From a plasmid: a stretch of 64,000 bases of DNA. Below the pieces are notes generated by a model, which saw only the letters and a list, made by a program, of their open reading frames with translations, was not told where the DNA came from and did not search any database. Position numbers and translations under genes: made by a program. Below are positions 47,514-58,544 of this stretch, piece after piece. The stretch is taken from the sequence record NZ_CP082221.1; one strand, written 5' to 3'. Position 1 is the stretch's first letter. Each line of letters starts with the position of its first letter.

Positions 47514-48779
47514 ATGAAACTATTATTTGGTGAAGATGTAATTAGTAGTGATTTTGAAGGACTACAATCATTATTAAAACAATACTATGAGAAGCGGAAA
47601 CGTCCACTTTGTTTATGTACTAATAATGGTGTTGAAATGTACATAGCAAAAATAAATGAAAGTTATATTCTAAAAAGAATGCCTAAAACAGGTGGAAGAC
47701 ATTCACCAGTCTGTTTAAGTTTTGAGCCTCCTGAAGAACTTTCCGGGCTTGGAGAGGTACAAGGACAGGCAATACAAGAAAATCCTGAAGATGGTACTAC
47801 AAATTTAAAATTAGATTTCAGTTTAACTAAAATGCCAGGTAAAGCTCCGCCAGCCCCTTCTGGAGCAGATAGTGACTCGGTAAGAACTGATGGAAAAAAA
47901 CTTACATTACGTGGATTACTTCATTATCTTTTTGAAGAAGCTAAGTTAAATTATTTCAATCCAGACATTCCGAAGAGAAATTGGTATACAGTAAGAAAAG
48001 CACTGCTTAATGCTAGTGATTCTAAAATCGCCAAAAGAGCTTCATTAACCGATAATCTCTATATTCCTGAAACATATAATGATCAGAAGAAAAAAGAAAT
48101 AATAGCAAGAAGAAATGAAAAAATGGCCCATATGAATACGGGCAAAGCATCACAAAACCTCATGATTTTAATAGGAATAGTTAAAGAAATTTCAGAAGCC
48201 AGATACGATTTCAAAATGGTTATAAAGCATTGTCCAGATTTCCATTTTTTTATGAATAAGGATCTACATAAAAGAATATTTAAACGGTTCCAAGAGGACT
48301 TAGAGCTTTGGGGTGCTCACGAAAACTCTCAATTAATTACTATCTCAACTTTTACTAGAGGAATTTCTGGTGTAGCTAATTTAGAAGAAGTTAGTTTAAT
48401 TGTTGTAAATGAACAGTGGATTCCTTATGAGAATATGTATGAATATGATCTTATAAATGAAATGATCAGAGAAAATAGACCTTTTATTAAAGGGTTGCGT
48501 TACAATCTGGATAGAAAAAAACCGTTGTCGAGTTTAGTGGCTCTTGATACTTTGCCTGTTCCTACGGCAATGTATATCATTCCGGCAGCACAATCTCACA
48601 CGTATAAAGAAAGTGTAGTTAATTTGATTGAAGCTAGTGAATATGAAGGTTGGATATGGGAGGCTGAAATGGCGATGCCTGATCTTCCAAAACTTGGATT
48701 ATTAACTACAGATTCAGAAATTTTAGAGGACAATTTAAAACCAAATGAGCAGTTATTCGATACAAATCGGACAAGTTAA
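47514..48779 (+). CDS. hypothetical protein
   Basis: 421 aa ORF with SD ggag. Confidence 0.45.
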   Translation: MKLLFGEDVISSDFEGLQSLLKQYYEKRKRPLCLCTNNGVEMYIAKINESYILKRMPKTGGRHSPVCLSFEPPEELSGLGEVQGQAIQENPEDGTTNLKLDFSLTKMPGKAPPAPSGADSDSVRTDGKKLTLRGLLHYLFEEAKLNYFNPDIPKRNWYTVRKALLNASDSKIAKRASLTDNLYIPETYNDQKKKEIIARRNEKMAHMNTGKASQNLMILIGIVKEISEARYDFKMVIKHCPDFHFFMNKDLHKRIFKRFQEDLELWGAHENSQLITISTFTRGISGVANLEEVSLIVVNEQWIPYENMYEYDLINEMIRENRPFIKGLRYNLDRKKPLSSLVALDTLPVPTAMYIIPAAQSHTYKESVVNLIEASEYEGWIWEAEMAMPDLPKLGLLTTDSEILEDNLKPNEQLFDTNRTS

Positions 48780-49269
48780 GGGTTTATATGATGTATTTCT
48801 CGAAACTTGTGTACCAAAAAATTCTCCCCAATATCCAGAGCTTCAGAAAATCGGTGATGATTTTCTAAATAAAGTCGTGATGGAGGACCCTGATTATCAT
48901 AATAGTCAGGTCTTCACTATTTTGAGTCAAGTAGCTGTTCCCGAAATTCAAAATAGACTTAAACGTCTTGAGTCCAAAGCAAAAAATAAAGATTTTGAAA
49001 AAAATTATTTTGATTGGAATTATATTGAGAGAGGGGTTGTTCAAGAAAGAAAGGACTTTATTAATGCTATCCATCTAAAGCAAATATATGAAAAAACAAA
49101 AAAACTTTATGAAGCTCAGAATGGTGAAGAGCTTACAAGTAGTATATATGCAGATCTCTTGAACGCGAATCCTCAAAATCTCAGAAGAATGCTTACACAT
49201 AAAAGAGAAATTGATACTCGTCTATTAGAAGAGGCAAAAAAGTGTCTTGAAAAACTTTCTACTAAATAA
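48745..49269 (+). CDS. hypothetical protein
   Basis: ORF; true start uncertain. Confidence 0.3.
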   Translation: MSSYSIQIGQVKGLYDVFLETCVPKNSPQYPELQKIGDDFLNKVVMEDPDYHNSQVFTILSQVAVPEIQNRLKRLESKAKNKDFEKNYFDWNYIERGVVQERKDFINAIHLKQIYEKTKKLYEAQNGEELTSSIYADLLNANPQNLRRMLTHKREIDTRLLEEAKKCLEKLSTK

Positions 49270-49314
49270 TTTTTTTTGGTATGATTTACTCGTATGATTT
49301 AGATTAGAAATATC

Positions 49315-49695
49315 ATGGTTGATGAAACTCGTTATATTCCGGTTAAAGTTTTAAGACAGGGCAATATTTATTATTTAAATTGCGAAGCGTTTGATATTGT
49401 AGAAAAATCAAGCAATTTACTACATTGTATTGAACAAATGAAAAACAGGATTATCGAAAAAGTGGTCGCTCTGCACCATGCTGGAGAAAAATTACCAGTA
49501 TTTGATCTTTACAAAAGTTTAAAAAGTGGCGGGATTTTATTAGAAATTCCGAGTAGTTGCTTTGATGATACATTAGAAAGAGTTACTTTAACTTTACCTA
49601 AGAGTGTTATTACTGGAATTGATGCCGTTTCTCCAAATAGAAGCGCAAAGTTTACACAATTGGCTAAAGAATTTATTGACGGAGATAATAAGTAA
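49315..49695 (+). CDS. HicB-like antitoxin-fold protein (orphan)
   Basis: N-terminal YIPVKVLRQGNIYYLNCEAFDIV resembles HicB/UPF0150; C-terminal TLTLPKSVITGIDAVSPNRSAKFTQLAKEFI is RHH-like. Confidence 0.35.
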   Translation: MVDETRYIPVKVLRQGNIYYLNCEAFDIVEKSSNLLHCIEQMKNRIIEKVVALHHAGEKLPVFDLYKSLKSGGILLEIPSSCFDDTLERVTLTLPKSVITGIDAVSPNRSAKFTQLAKEFIDGDNK

Positions 49696-49702
49696 AAGTA
49701 GC

Positions 49703-49722
49703 TGTTGCGGATCCGCAACAGT
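49703..49722. repeat. palindrome family member (20-bp perfect)
   Basis: ctgttgcggatccgcaacag, 8 nt after the stop of 49315-49695, followed by a T-run. Confidence 0.85.
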
Positions 49723-49848
49723 TATTTTTTTTGTTTAAATATACAGAACCGTCTGTTAGTATAGCTAAATAATAAACAGTTTGTTTTAAGTATGTTTTAG
49801 TAGTATAATCTACGCAATTAATGAGCAGAAATGCTTAAGGAGTTCAAG

Positions 49849-50223
49849 ATGGTAGAAACCATTCAATTTCTAGCTTTCCCAGATAATATCCTAAATTTTA
49901 AAAGTCACTTAGACTTTGAAACCCTCATTCTTAATTTGCCTGAAAAAATAGTTCAGGACTTAGATCAGAGTATTGCGAAGCTGAAAAGCTTGGAATCCTG
50001 TTTCTTCACTACATATCGTATACCTGAAATCAATTTACATAACTTCATTCATTTACGCCTTCTTAACTTCAAAGGTCCTATTGATTTAGAAGATGTCAAA
50101 ATTTTAGTTAATTCAAAGGGAGTATATGCAGAAATAATTGCTAGTGTAGAAGGTAAGTTTAATTACTGGTTCGTTGAGTTAAAGCTATTTAACACAGAGG
50201 TGGACCATGAAAATGACTGTTAA
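49849..50223 (+). CDS. hypothetical protein
   Basis: module gagcagaaatgcttaaggag then ATG 49849. Confidence 0.45.
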   Translation: MVETIQFLAFPDNILNFKSHLDFETLILNLPEKIVQDLDQSIAKLKSLESCFFTTYRIPEINLHNFIHLRLLNFKGPIDLEDVKILVNSKGVYAEIIASVEGKFNYWFVELKLFNTEVDHENDC

Positions 50224-50394
50224 GCATATATTGAAATTTAATTGTATTCCAAAGAAACGGATAAAAAACCATAGGGTTTTTTATTACATAGACTTTGGCT
50301 ATAAAAAAATCCGAATTAGCCAGTCCTACTACAATTTGATTTTAAACTTCAGCAAAAACAAACAATCCTTGAATTGAATTTAAAAGGGTAACTG

Positions 50395-50991
50395 ATGAGC
50401 TCAAAAACAGACACTATTAACAAATCTAAAGTTATAAATTTCTACCTCAGTCGTTATTCAGAGGGTGGCTTTAATAAGATTTTTTCGGATATCGAAGCGA
50501 CTAAGAAGAAGCAAGTAAATTTAATACTACTTTGTTTACTAGTAATTTTAGCAGCATATGCTGGGTATTCTGGATTAACGAGTGATAACTCCACGTTAGG
50601 ATATTACTTTCTTACAGCAATATTTGCTCTTTCCACAGTTATCTTAAAGCTTTGGTCAAATAGTTGGTCTATCCGCACAAAACTAAACAATTTCAAGGTG
50701 TTGGAAGATAACTTAAATATTATTGAGCATTTCCTTTTTAATGAAATGAATTGCATTAAATCAAAAACTTTGATCGGTTGCTCTCTAGATCCTAATTCTT
50801 CAAATGAAAGTGTTTTTATACTTTCAGCTAATGAAGAAAATAAGTTCTATGCATCTATTTACAATTCAAAAATTGTAGATAAGAAACCACATCTTACTGA
50901 AGTGATTTTATCAGAGTCGCAGCAATCATCGTTTTTTAAATGTTTAGAAGATTCAAACTTGATGACCGAGATAAATGAGGTCTGGAGTTGA
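50395..50991 (+). CDS. membrane protein, hypothetical
   Basis: 198 aa, 2 TM near N-terminus. Confidence 0.45.
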   Translation: MSSKTDTINKSKVINFYLSRYSEGGFNKIFSDIEATKKKQVNLILLCLLVILAAYAGYSGLTSDNSTLGYYFLTAIFALSTVILKLWSNSWSIRTKLNNFKVLEDNLNIIEHFLFNEMNCIKSKTLIGCSLDPNSSNESVFILSANEENKFYASIYNSKIVDKKPHLTEVILSESQQSSFFKCLEDSNLMTEINEVWS

Positions 50992-51188
50992 AGGCTATGA
51001 CTAATAAAGGCTTGTTTGAACAATATTTTTCAACCTTAGATTTTACTGAAGATCAAGATGGTAATTACCTTAATGAGGATACGAAAACTACTTGGCAAGT
51101 ATTTCAAAAACTGCAACAAGATTTTCTATTTATCAAAAGAGACAATTTACCTAAGCCCTTGTTAGAACATTTTCAGGCTATGAGTTAA
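50988..51188 (+). CDS. hypothetical small protein
   Basis: 66 aa, start overlaps upstream stop. Confidence 0.35.
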   Translation: MKAMTNKGLFEQYFSTLDFTEDQDGNYLNEDTKTTWQVFQKLQQDFLFIKRDNLPKPLLEHFQAMS

Positions 51189-51209
51189 TAGAAGAAAGGG
51201 TGATAAGAA

Positions 51210-51377
51210 ATGAAAATTATCGGAATACTTGCTCCTTTAGTAATTTCATTAGCTCTCGTATTTTTAGTGAGTAAGCAGGTTATTAAACATGCTTGTGAAA
51301 GCGGATCTAGCTATGTTGGTGAAACAACTTGTGAAGAAAATGGCTTTAAAAAAAGATCTTTAATTTCTAGTAATTGA
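51210..51377 (+). CDS. 55-aa membrane peptide, hypothetical
   Basis: MKIIGILAPLVISLALVFLV...; SD aaagggtga upstream; not in ORF track (too short). Confidence 0.3.
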   Translation: MKIIGILAPLVISLALVFLVSKQVIKHACESGSSYVGETTCEENGFKKRSLISSN

Positions 51378-51406
51378 TCCAAAACAGATGAGGGTGAGAA
51401 AAAATT

Positions 51407-51622
51407 ATGAATGGTGAAATAATTCAGTTCCCTAAGACTTGCTCGATTTGTGACCAAAATTCACATATTTTTCAAGAAATTGAGCAAGATGAAAATTGTT
51501 TTAATAAAGAATATATATGCCAGGATTGCATTGATCTAGCTAACGGAATAGATATTCTTGAAAAACAAATGCTTGAAGATCATCATAAAACAAAAAAACT
51601 ATATATTGTTAGCGGAAACTGA
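51407..51622 (+). CDS. small zinc-finger protein
   Basis: CSIC...CQDC pattern. Confidence 0.4.
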   Translation: MNGEIIQFPKTCSICDQNSHIFQEIEQDENCFNKEYICQDCIDLANGIDILEKQMLEDHHKTKKLYIVSGN

Positions 51623-51626
51623 CCTT

Positions 51627-52103
51627 ATGAAAGTAACTGGAATAAAGATATTTTTAGGTAGCTTATTGTTAGTAAGTAACATTGCTAACGCAGACTTTGT
51701 TGCAAGAGTAATTGGTGTAACTGATGGAGATACAATAACAGTTTTAGACAGATCAAATAATCAAATAAAGGTGCGTCTAGCAGATATTGATGCACCAGAA
51801 AAAAGCCAGCCATTTGGAGCAAAGGCTAAGCAAGCTTTATCAGATTTAACTTTTAATAGAAATGTTTATATCCAGGAAAAAGGGTATGACAAGTATCATC
51901 GATTGATAGGAACTGTTCTAGTAGGTGTGGATCCTATTAATAGGATAATGGTTAAAAATGGTATGGCATGGGCCTTTCGTGAATATTTAGATGATCCAAT
52001 AATGCTGGATCTAGAGTCATACGCGCGAAAAAATAAAATTGGTCTTTGGCAAGATGCTAAGCCGGTATATCCGAGTATGTGGCGAAAGAATCAATCACAG
52101 TAG
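51627..52103 (+). CDS. nuc: secreted thermonuclease (SNase family)
   Basis: signal peptide; GVTDGDTITV...VRLADIDAPE SNase signature. Confidence 0.8.
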   Translation: MKVTGIKIFLGSLLLVSNIANADFVARVIGVTDGDTITVLDRSNNQIKVRLADIDAPEKSQPFGAKAKQALSDLTFNRNVYIQEKGYDKYHRLIGTVLVGVDPINRIMVKNGMAWAFREYLDDPIMLDLESYARKNKIGLWQDAKPVYPSMWRKNQSQ

Positions 52104-52121
52104 TTATTAGTAGAGAAAGAA

Positions 52122-52141
52122 TGTTGCGGATCCGCAACAAG
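52122..52141. repeat. palindrome family member
   Basis: atgttgcggatccgcaacaa, after the nuc stop. Confidence 0.85.
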
Positions 52142-52168
52142 TAATTAATGTTTAATAAAGAGGTGAAT

Positions 52169-52495
52169 ATGTCGCAAATTAGTGAATTATCAATTGAAGA
52201 GTTAAAAGATCTTCAGCTTGAAGCAGCCAAATTAATTGAAATCAAAAAAGAACAAGCCATTGAGGATGCTTATTTGAAAATAATTTCAATTGCAGAAAGC
52301 GTAGGATATTCAGTAGAGGATCTTTTGAAAGTAGGCGCAGCGAACTCTAAAAAGAAAGCTCGTAAATCTGTAAAACCGCGCTATCGTAGTAAAGCAAACG
52401 AACAAGATACTTGGACTGGACGCGGTAAACAACCACGTTGGTTAGTAGCCGAAATTGAAAAAGGTGCGAAACTTGAAGATTTACGTATCAACTAA
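52169..52495 (+). CDS. hns: H-NS family nucleoid protein
   Basis: C-terminal TWTGRGKQPRW matches the H-NS DNA-binding motif; SD aaagaggtg. Confidence 0.8.
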   Translation: MSQISELSIEELKDLQLEAAKLIEIKKEQAIEDAYLKIISIAESVGYSVEDLLKVGAANSKKKARKSVKPRYRSKANEQDTWTGRGKQPRWLVAEIEKGAKLEDLRIN

Positions 52496-52508
52496 AAAGG
52501 ATCAAATT

Positions 52509-52697
52509 ATGAAAAATGTAATGATTGTAGATGTCGGTTGTACATTTTGGACACTTGAAAAAATCTTCCAAAATGCTCATCAAAATAATGGTTTTGTGGT
52601 TTTACCAGCTAAGGATATTAAACCATTAAGTACAGTTAGAAAATTTGGCCAAAGTGGTTATCTGGCAGAACAAAATATGTCTGACATTAAATCCTAA
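52509..52697 (+). CDS. hypothetical small protein
   Basis: 62 aa, SD aaagga. Confidence 0.35.
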   Translation: MKNVMIVDVGCTFWTLEKIFQNAHQNNGFVVLPAKDIKPLSTVRKFGQSGYLAEQNMSDIKS

Positions 52698-52764
52698 AAA
52701 CTAAGGAGGAATTAAATAAAAGTCTTTTTGTCTAATTCCTCTAATTGTAAAAAGAGAAATTTGA

Positions 52765-53061
52765 ATGAATATTAAAAATCAAAATAAACACTCACTCAAA
52801 GAACAAATTACACCAGAAATAAAATTGTTCGGTCGCTATTCTATTAGTCCGATCAATCTAATACTACAGATTGTTTGGCTAATCGCATGGGTGTGGAAGG
52901 TAATTCAAGATTTACAAACTTTACACTCTTATGAAAACCCTCTATTAGTGTATTCCATAGGTATGATTTTCTGGATTTTCGTTCTATATCTTGGCATCTA
53001 CGTTATGACTGTTGTTTCAAATAAGCTTAATAAATTAATTTATATGAGGCAAATATCATGA
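52765..53061 (+). CDS. small membrane protein
   Basis: 98 aa, 2 TM. Confidence 0.4.
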   Translation: MNIKNQNKHSLKEQITPEIKLFGRYSISPINLILQIVWLIAWVWKVIQDLQTLHSYENPLLVYSIGMIFWIFVLYLGIYVMTVVSNKLNKLIYMRQIS

Positions 53062-53195
53062 TTGATATTACAAGTAAAATTCTTGATTTAAAATTATTTG
53101 AAGCAGAAGTGATCGACATTGATGAAACTAATCATTGGGAAAATAGTGATCAAATTACTCTGCGACAAAGTGAAGGTGCCTTGATTGTTTTAAGA
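53058..53195 (+). pseudogene. 5' part of small ORF disrupted by Tn2006
   Basis: reading frame continues in frame at 58001-58204 across the 9-bp TSD (..GALIVLR / VLRINYESEKK..). Confidence 0.7.
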
Positions 53196-53213
53196 CTCTG
53201 TACACGACAAATT

Positions 53214-53660
53214 TCACAGAACCCTTATCCTATCAGGATTCTGCCTTCTTAAAATTGCCAAAATTTCCTTAAACTCTTCTTTTTTCCCAAAACCAATTAA
53301 ACGCTGAATCGCCATTTGAACATAGTCTAAACCATAGCGAAATAAACTCATTGAGAGTCGTCCATGCTTCTTTATTTTTATCGCTTTTTTTTGATCATGT
53401 TGCCATTCACCCGTTAAGTAACACCAACAGAAGCTTATAGCTAACACCGCAATCAATTTTTTCACTCGTCTAGGGTCTGTCAAGCGCGTATTTCCAAGAT
53501 TAAACCCGCGTCCTTTGAGACAACTGAATAAGGTTTCAATTTCCCAGCGTAATGCATAATCCTGAATAGCATTGGCATTAAACTGAGGAGAAACGACGAG
53601 TAAAAGCTCTCCATTTTCTAACTGTAGTGCACTTATATATAGTTTCACCCGACCAACCAA
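53214..53660 (-). CDS. ISAba1 transposase OrfB portion
   Basis: differs from copy 2 by one residue (GFNLGNT vs GFNLENT). Confidence 0.8.
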   Translation of the reverse strand: MVGRVKLYISALQLENGELLLVVSPQFNANAIQDYALRWEIETLFSCLKGRGFNLGNTRLTDPRRVKKLIAVLAISFCWCYLTGEWQHDQKKAIKIKKHGRLSMSLFRYGLDYVQMAIQRLIGFGKKEEFKEILAILRRQNPDRIRVL

Positions 53661-53734
53661 AATCCGTCGTTTACGACATTCAATTTGACCAACTTTAAGA
53701 TGGCGAAATAAATCACTAATTTTATGATTCTTTC

Positions 53735-54304
53735 CTAAATGATTGGTGACAATGAAGTTTTTTTAACACGAATGCAGAAGTTGATGTCTTGTTCAATTAA
53801 CCATGTAAACCACTGCTCACCGATAAACTCTCTGTCTGCGAACACATTCACAATACGGTCTTTACCAAAAATGGCTATAAAGCGTTGAATCAAAGCAATG
53901 CGCTCTTTCGTATCTGAATTTCCACGTTTATTAAGCAATGTCCAAAGGATAGGTATCGCTATTCCACGATAAACGATTGCGAGCATCAGGATATTAATAT
54001 TTCGTTTTCCCCATTTCCAATTGGTTCTATCTAAAGTCAGTTGCACTTGGTCGAATGAAAACATATTGAAAATCAACTGAGAAATTTGACGATAATCAAA
54101 ATACTGACCTGCAAAGAAGCGCTGCATACGTCGATAAAATGATTGTGGTAAGCACTTGATGGGCAAGGCTTTAGATGCAGAAGAAAGATTACATGTTTGC
54201 TTTAAAATAATCACAAGCATGATGAGCGCAAAGCACTTTAAATGTGACTTGTTCCATTTTAGAGATTTGTTTAAGATAAGATATAACTCATTGAGATGTG
54301 TCAT
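53735..54304 (-). CDS. ISAba1 transposase OrfA
   Basis: 189 aa, identical to OrfA of copy 2. Confidence 0.85.
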   Translation of the reverse strand: MTHLNELYLILNKSLKWNKSHLKCFALIMLVIILKQTCNLSSASKALPIKCLPQSFYRRMQRFFAGQYFDYRQISQLIFNMFSFDQVQLTLDRTNWKWGKRNINILMLAIVYRGIAIPILWTLLNKRGNSDTKERIALIQRFIAIFGKDRIVNVFADREFIGEQWFTWLIEQDINFCIRVKKTSLSPII

Positions 54305-54349
54305 AGTATTCGTCGTTAGAAAACAATTATTATGACATTATTTCAATGA

Positions 54350-55231
<882 letters not shown>

Positions 55232-55335
55232 GAGCTTGACAGAAACTCTAATTTTATAAAAAGCCCATTTGAGATAAATGGGCCTTTTATAATCTGACTA
55301 ATAATGAAACCTGTTAATTTTTCTAGTTTAAAATT

Positions 55336-55977
55336 TTACAGTGCTTTTAGTTGTTGTGATCCAATCCAGTGTTTAGAGAACTGATAGGCGGCACGTCCTG
55401 ACCGTTGACCACGTGCCTGACACCAGCGTAGGGCTTCAGCATGGGCTTCGTCATTCATTGGCATATCTGTTTTAGCAAGATAGTGTTCTACAATGGTTAA
55501 ATACAGGTTTTGATCCATTGGATAGAATGAAAGCCACATTCCAAAACGATCCGAGAGTGAAATTTTTTCCTCAATGGCTTCTTGTGGATGCAACTCGGTA
55601 TATTGCGGTACATCTACACGAGTCACTGGCGTGTTCTCATGCATAAATTCTGGTAACAGATGTCGACGGTTGCTGGTTGCATAAATAATAAAATTACTTG
55701 TACCTGACTGTAATGAGCCATCAAGTACACTTTTTAAGCTGCGATAGTTTTCATCTTCAGCATTAAAGGCCAGATCATCGCAGTAGACAATGAACTTTTC
55801 CGGACGCTTCTGGATGAGCTTCTGGATTTCAGGAAGATCGGACAGATCATCACGTTCAATTTCAATTAAACGTAATCCTTGATCTTTATACTCGGTTAAA
55901 AGGGCACGGACAATTGAAGATTTTCCTGTGCCGCGTGAACCAGTAAGGAGAACATCATTGGCTGGCAGATTCTGCAA
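55336..55977 (-). CDS. AAA-type ATPase (Tn2006)
   Basis: Walker A GSRGTGKS; Tn2006 context. Confidence 0.75.
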   Translation of the reverse strand: MQNLPANDVLLTGSRGTGKSSIVRALLTEYKDQGLRLIEIERDDLSDLPEIQKLIQKRPEKFIVYCDDLAFNAEDENYRSLKSVLDGSLQSGTSNFIIYATSNRRHLLPEFMHENTPVTRVDVPQYTELHPQEAIEEKISLSDRFGMWLSFYPMDQNLYLTIVEHYLAKTDMPMNDEAHAEALRWCQARGQRSGRAAYQFSKHWIGSQQLKAL

Positions 55978-56450
55978 AAATTGTCGTGTATTTTGACTAA
56001 TGTATTATTAAATACATGATCTTCAAGCTCTTCAAAAGCAAATCTTAGTGTGGCATGTGTACATACTAAAATTTGATCTGTACCTTCCATAAAGTGTTTA
56101 AAGGCTTTTACTTTGCTTTTATCGCCACCAGCAGTACATAAGTTGTTTTCAGGTTTGATATCCCAATCTGCAAAAAAGCCACTTTCGCTTAGTTTTGTGC
56201 TAGCAAATGAACCGCCAATTGAGCGTTCAGGTACAGCTACAATAACTTTGCTTAACCCTTGGTTGTGTATCTTGTCTAAACCCAAAAACATTAATGCACG
56301 AGATTTACCTGATGCAGGAGGGGCTTTTAAGAGCAAATACTGACTATTACGAGATTCGAAGGCGCGAGCTTGCATAGCTCGCATCCCCATATTATTAACT
56401 GAGGTGCTTTCTCCAGTTTGTTGATAATTTACTTCTACTAAATTTTTCAT
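55896..56450 (-). CDS. DEAD/DEAH helicase N-terminal fragment (Tn2006)
   Basis: Walker A APPASGKS; truncated. Confidence 0.65.
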   Translation of the reverse strand: MKNLVEVNYQQTGESTSVNNMGMRAMQARAFESRNSQYLLLKAPPASGKSRALMFLGLDKIHNQGLSKVIVAVPERSIGGSFASTKLSESGFFADWDIKPENNLCTAGGDKSKVKAFKHFMEGTDQILVCTHATLRFAFEELEDHVFNNTLVKIHDNFCRICQPMMFSLLVHAAQENLQLSVPF

Positions 56451-56457
56451 TTTTATC

Positions 56458-56850
56458 TCAATTTAACATTGTTTCGTAGTAGTGGAATAATCGCTCTAGA
56501 CGCTCTTCATCTGTCTTAAAATCACTTGATTTATATAGTTTTTCCACTAACGAATCATTCTCTTTATGAGCTTGTTTTAAGTCAAAAGGCATTTTTTCAG
56601 GATCATAAAGTTGAGCCAAACTTAAATGTGAATAGGATTCACGTACAGCTAGTATTTTAAAAGCAGATTCATTTAACTTAAATATCGATGCTTTCATGAG
56701 CTTTGGCACAGGAAAAGTGTTATAGCAAATTGCTGAAGTGTAACGAATACGTTCCTCTAACTTTCCTGCAATAGTTTTAACCCAAACCATGTGCATTTTC
56801 GATTGAAGCAATGCAAATACCTCTGTACACGACAAAAATAGATAACTCAT
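56458..56850 (-). pseudogene. yeeA-like methyltransferase fragment (Tn2006)
   Basis: 130-aa C-terminal fragment abutting the ISAba1 IR. Confidence 0.5.
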
Positions 56851-56891
56851 TGAAATAATGTCATAATAATTGTTTTCTAACGACGAATACT

Positions 56892-57461
56892 ATGACACAT
56901 CTCAATGAGTTATATCTTATCTTAAACAAATCTCTAAAATGGAACAAGTCACATTTAAAGTGCTTTGCGCTCATCATGCTTGTGATTATTTTAAAGCAAA
57001 CATGTAATCTTTCTTCTGCATCTAAAGCCTTGCCCATCAAGTGCTTACCACAATCATTTTATCGACGTATGCAGCGCTTCTTTGCAGGTCAGTATTTTGA
57101 TTATCGTCAAATTTCTCAGTTGATTTTCAATATGTTTTCATTCGACCAAGTGCAACTGACTTTAGATAGAACCAATTGGAAATGGGGAAAACGAAATATT
57201 AATATCCTGATGCTCGCAATCGTTTATCGTGGAATAGCGATACCTATCCTTTGGACATTGCTTAATAAACGTGGAAATTCAGATACGAAAGAGCGCATTG
57301 CTTTGATTCAACGCTTTATAGCCATTTTTGGTAAAGACCGTATTGTGAATGTGTTCGCAGACAGAGAGTTTATCGGTGAGCAGTGGTTTACATGGTTAAT
57401 TGAACAAGACATCAACTTCTGCATTCGTGTTAAAAAAACTTCATTGTCACCAATCATTTAG
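56892..57461 (+). CDS. ISAba1 transposase OrfA
   Basis: 189 aa. Confidence 0.85.
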   Translation: MTHLNELYLILNKSLKWNKSHLKCFALIMLVIILKQTCNLSSASKALPIKCLPQSFYRRMQRFFAGQYFDYRQISQLIFNMFSFDQVQLTLDRTNWKWGKRNINILMLAIVYRGIAIPILWTLLNKRGNSDTKERIALIQRFIAIFGKDRIVNVFADREFIGEQWFTWLIEQDINFCIRVKKTSLSPII

Positions 57462-57535
57462 GAAAGAATCATAAAATTAGTGATTTATTTCGCCATCTTA
57501 AAGTTGGTCAAATTGAATGTCGTAAACGACGGATT

Positions 57536-57982
57536 TTGGTTGGTCGGGTGAAACTATATATAAGTGCACTACAGTTAGAAAATGGAGAGCTTTTACTCGT
57601 CGTTTCTCCTCAGTTTAATGCCAATGCTATTCAGGATTATGCATTACGCTGGGAAATTGAAACCTTATTCAGTTGTCTCAAAGGACGCGGGTTTAATCTT
57701 GAAAATACGCGCTTGACAGACCCTAGACGAGTGAAAAAATTGATTGCGGTGTTAGCTATAAGCTTCTGTTGGTGTTACTTAACGGGTGAATGGCAACATG
57801 ATCAAAAAAAAGCGATAAAAATAAAGAAGCATGGACGACTCTCAATGAGTTTATTTCGCTATGGTTTAGACTATGTTCAAATGGCGATTCAGCGTTTAAT
57901 TGGTTTTGGGAAAAAAGAAGAGTTTAAGGAAATTTTGGCAATTTTAAGAAGGCAGAATCCTGATAGGATAAGGGTTCTGTGA
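57536..57982 (+). CDS. ISAba1 transposase OrfB portion
   Basis: 148 aa. Confidence 0.8.
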   Translation: MVGRVKLYISALQLENGELLLVVSPQFNANAIQDYALRWEIETLFSCLKGRGFNLENTRLTDPRRVKKLIAVLAISFCWCYLTGEWQHDQKKAIKIKKHGRLSMSLFRYGLDYVQMAIQRLIGFGKKEEFKEILAILRRQNPDRIRVL

Positions 57983-58000
57983 AATTTGTCGTGTACAGAG

Positions 58001-58204
58001 GTTTTAAGAATAAATTATGAGTCTGAAAAGAAAGAATCATATAGTGTCAGTCTAGAGGTTGATGAGCTTGATTCTTATGGTGAATGTTATCTAAATGATT
58101 CTATTTGGACGTTGTATGGCTGTGAAAATGATATTCTTGAAAGAATTGTAAAACAGGATTGGAGTCTTAAGAATTTTGGTTCTTATAACCATTATTTTAA
58201 ATAG
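58001..58204 (+). pseudogene. 3' part of ORF disrupted by Tn2006
   Basis: in-frame continuation of 53058-53195 after the TSD gttttaaga. Confidence 0.7.
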
Positions 58205-58460
58205 AGATTTAGAGAATATGAATCAAGAAAAACAACCTCTTTTTATTATTAAAAATGATTTTGAAGTTATCATTTTAATTTTAATTGGTTTATTAGTTGG
58301 TTATGGTTTAATTGAGCTATGTAACAAGATTGATAACTTGTTATTAATAATTGTGGTGCCATGTTTGGTTTTGGCTGAATTTCTTTGGATTGGCTTGATT
58401 CTTTCATCAAGGGATAGAAGTTCCTCTAAAGAGCATGAAGATGATAAACAAAGTAATTGA
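58176..58460 (+). CDS. small membrane protein
   Basis: 94 aa, 2 TM. Confidence 0.4.
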   Translation: MVLITIILNRDLENMNQEKQPLFIIKNDFEVIILILIGLLVGYGLIELCNKIDNLLLIIVVPCLVLAEFLWIGLILSSRDRSSSKEHEDDKQSN

Positions 58461-58544
58461 GCTATTTAATTAGAAAGGTTTTTATTGTTAAGAAGATTTA
58501 GTAAATCTTATCTCAACTGAGCAGAAATGCTTAAGGAGCCAAAA

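Larger units (their letters stand above)
56821..58000 (+). mobile_element. ISAba1 copy 2, 1180 bp
   Basis: same IRs; inverted relative to copy 1; together they bound Tn2006 (53196-58000, 4805 bp). Confidence 0.9.

Noticed and set aside
56113-56343. Plus-strand ORF within the Tn2006 helicase fragment
   Set aside because: Antisense to the recognisable DEAD/Walker-A frame.
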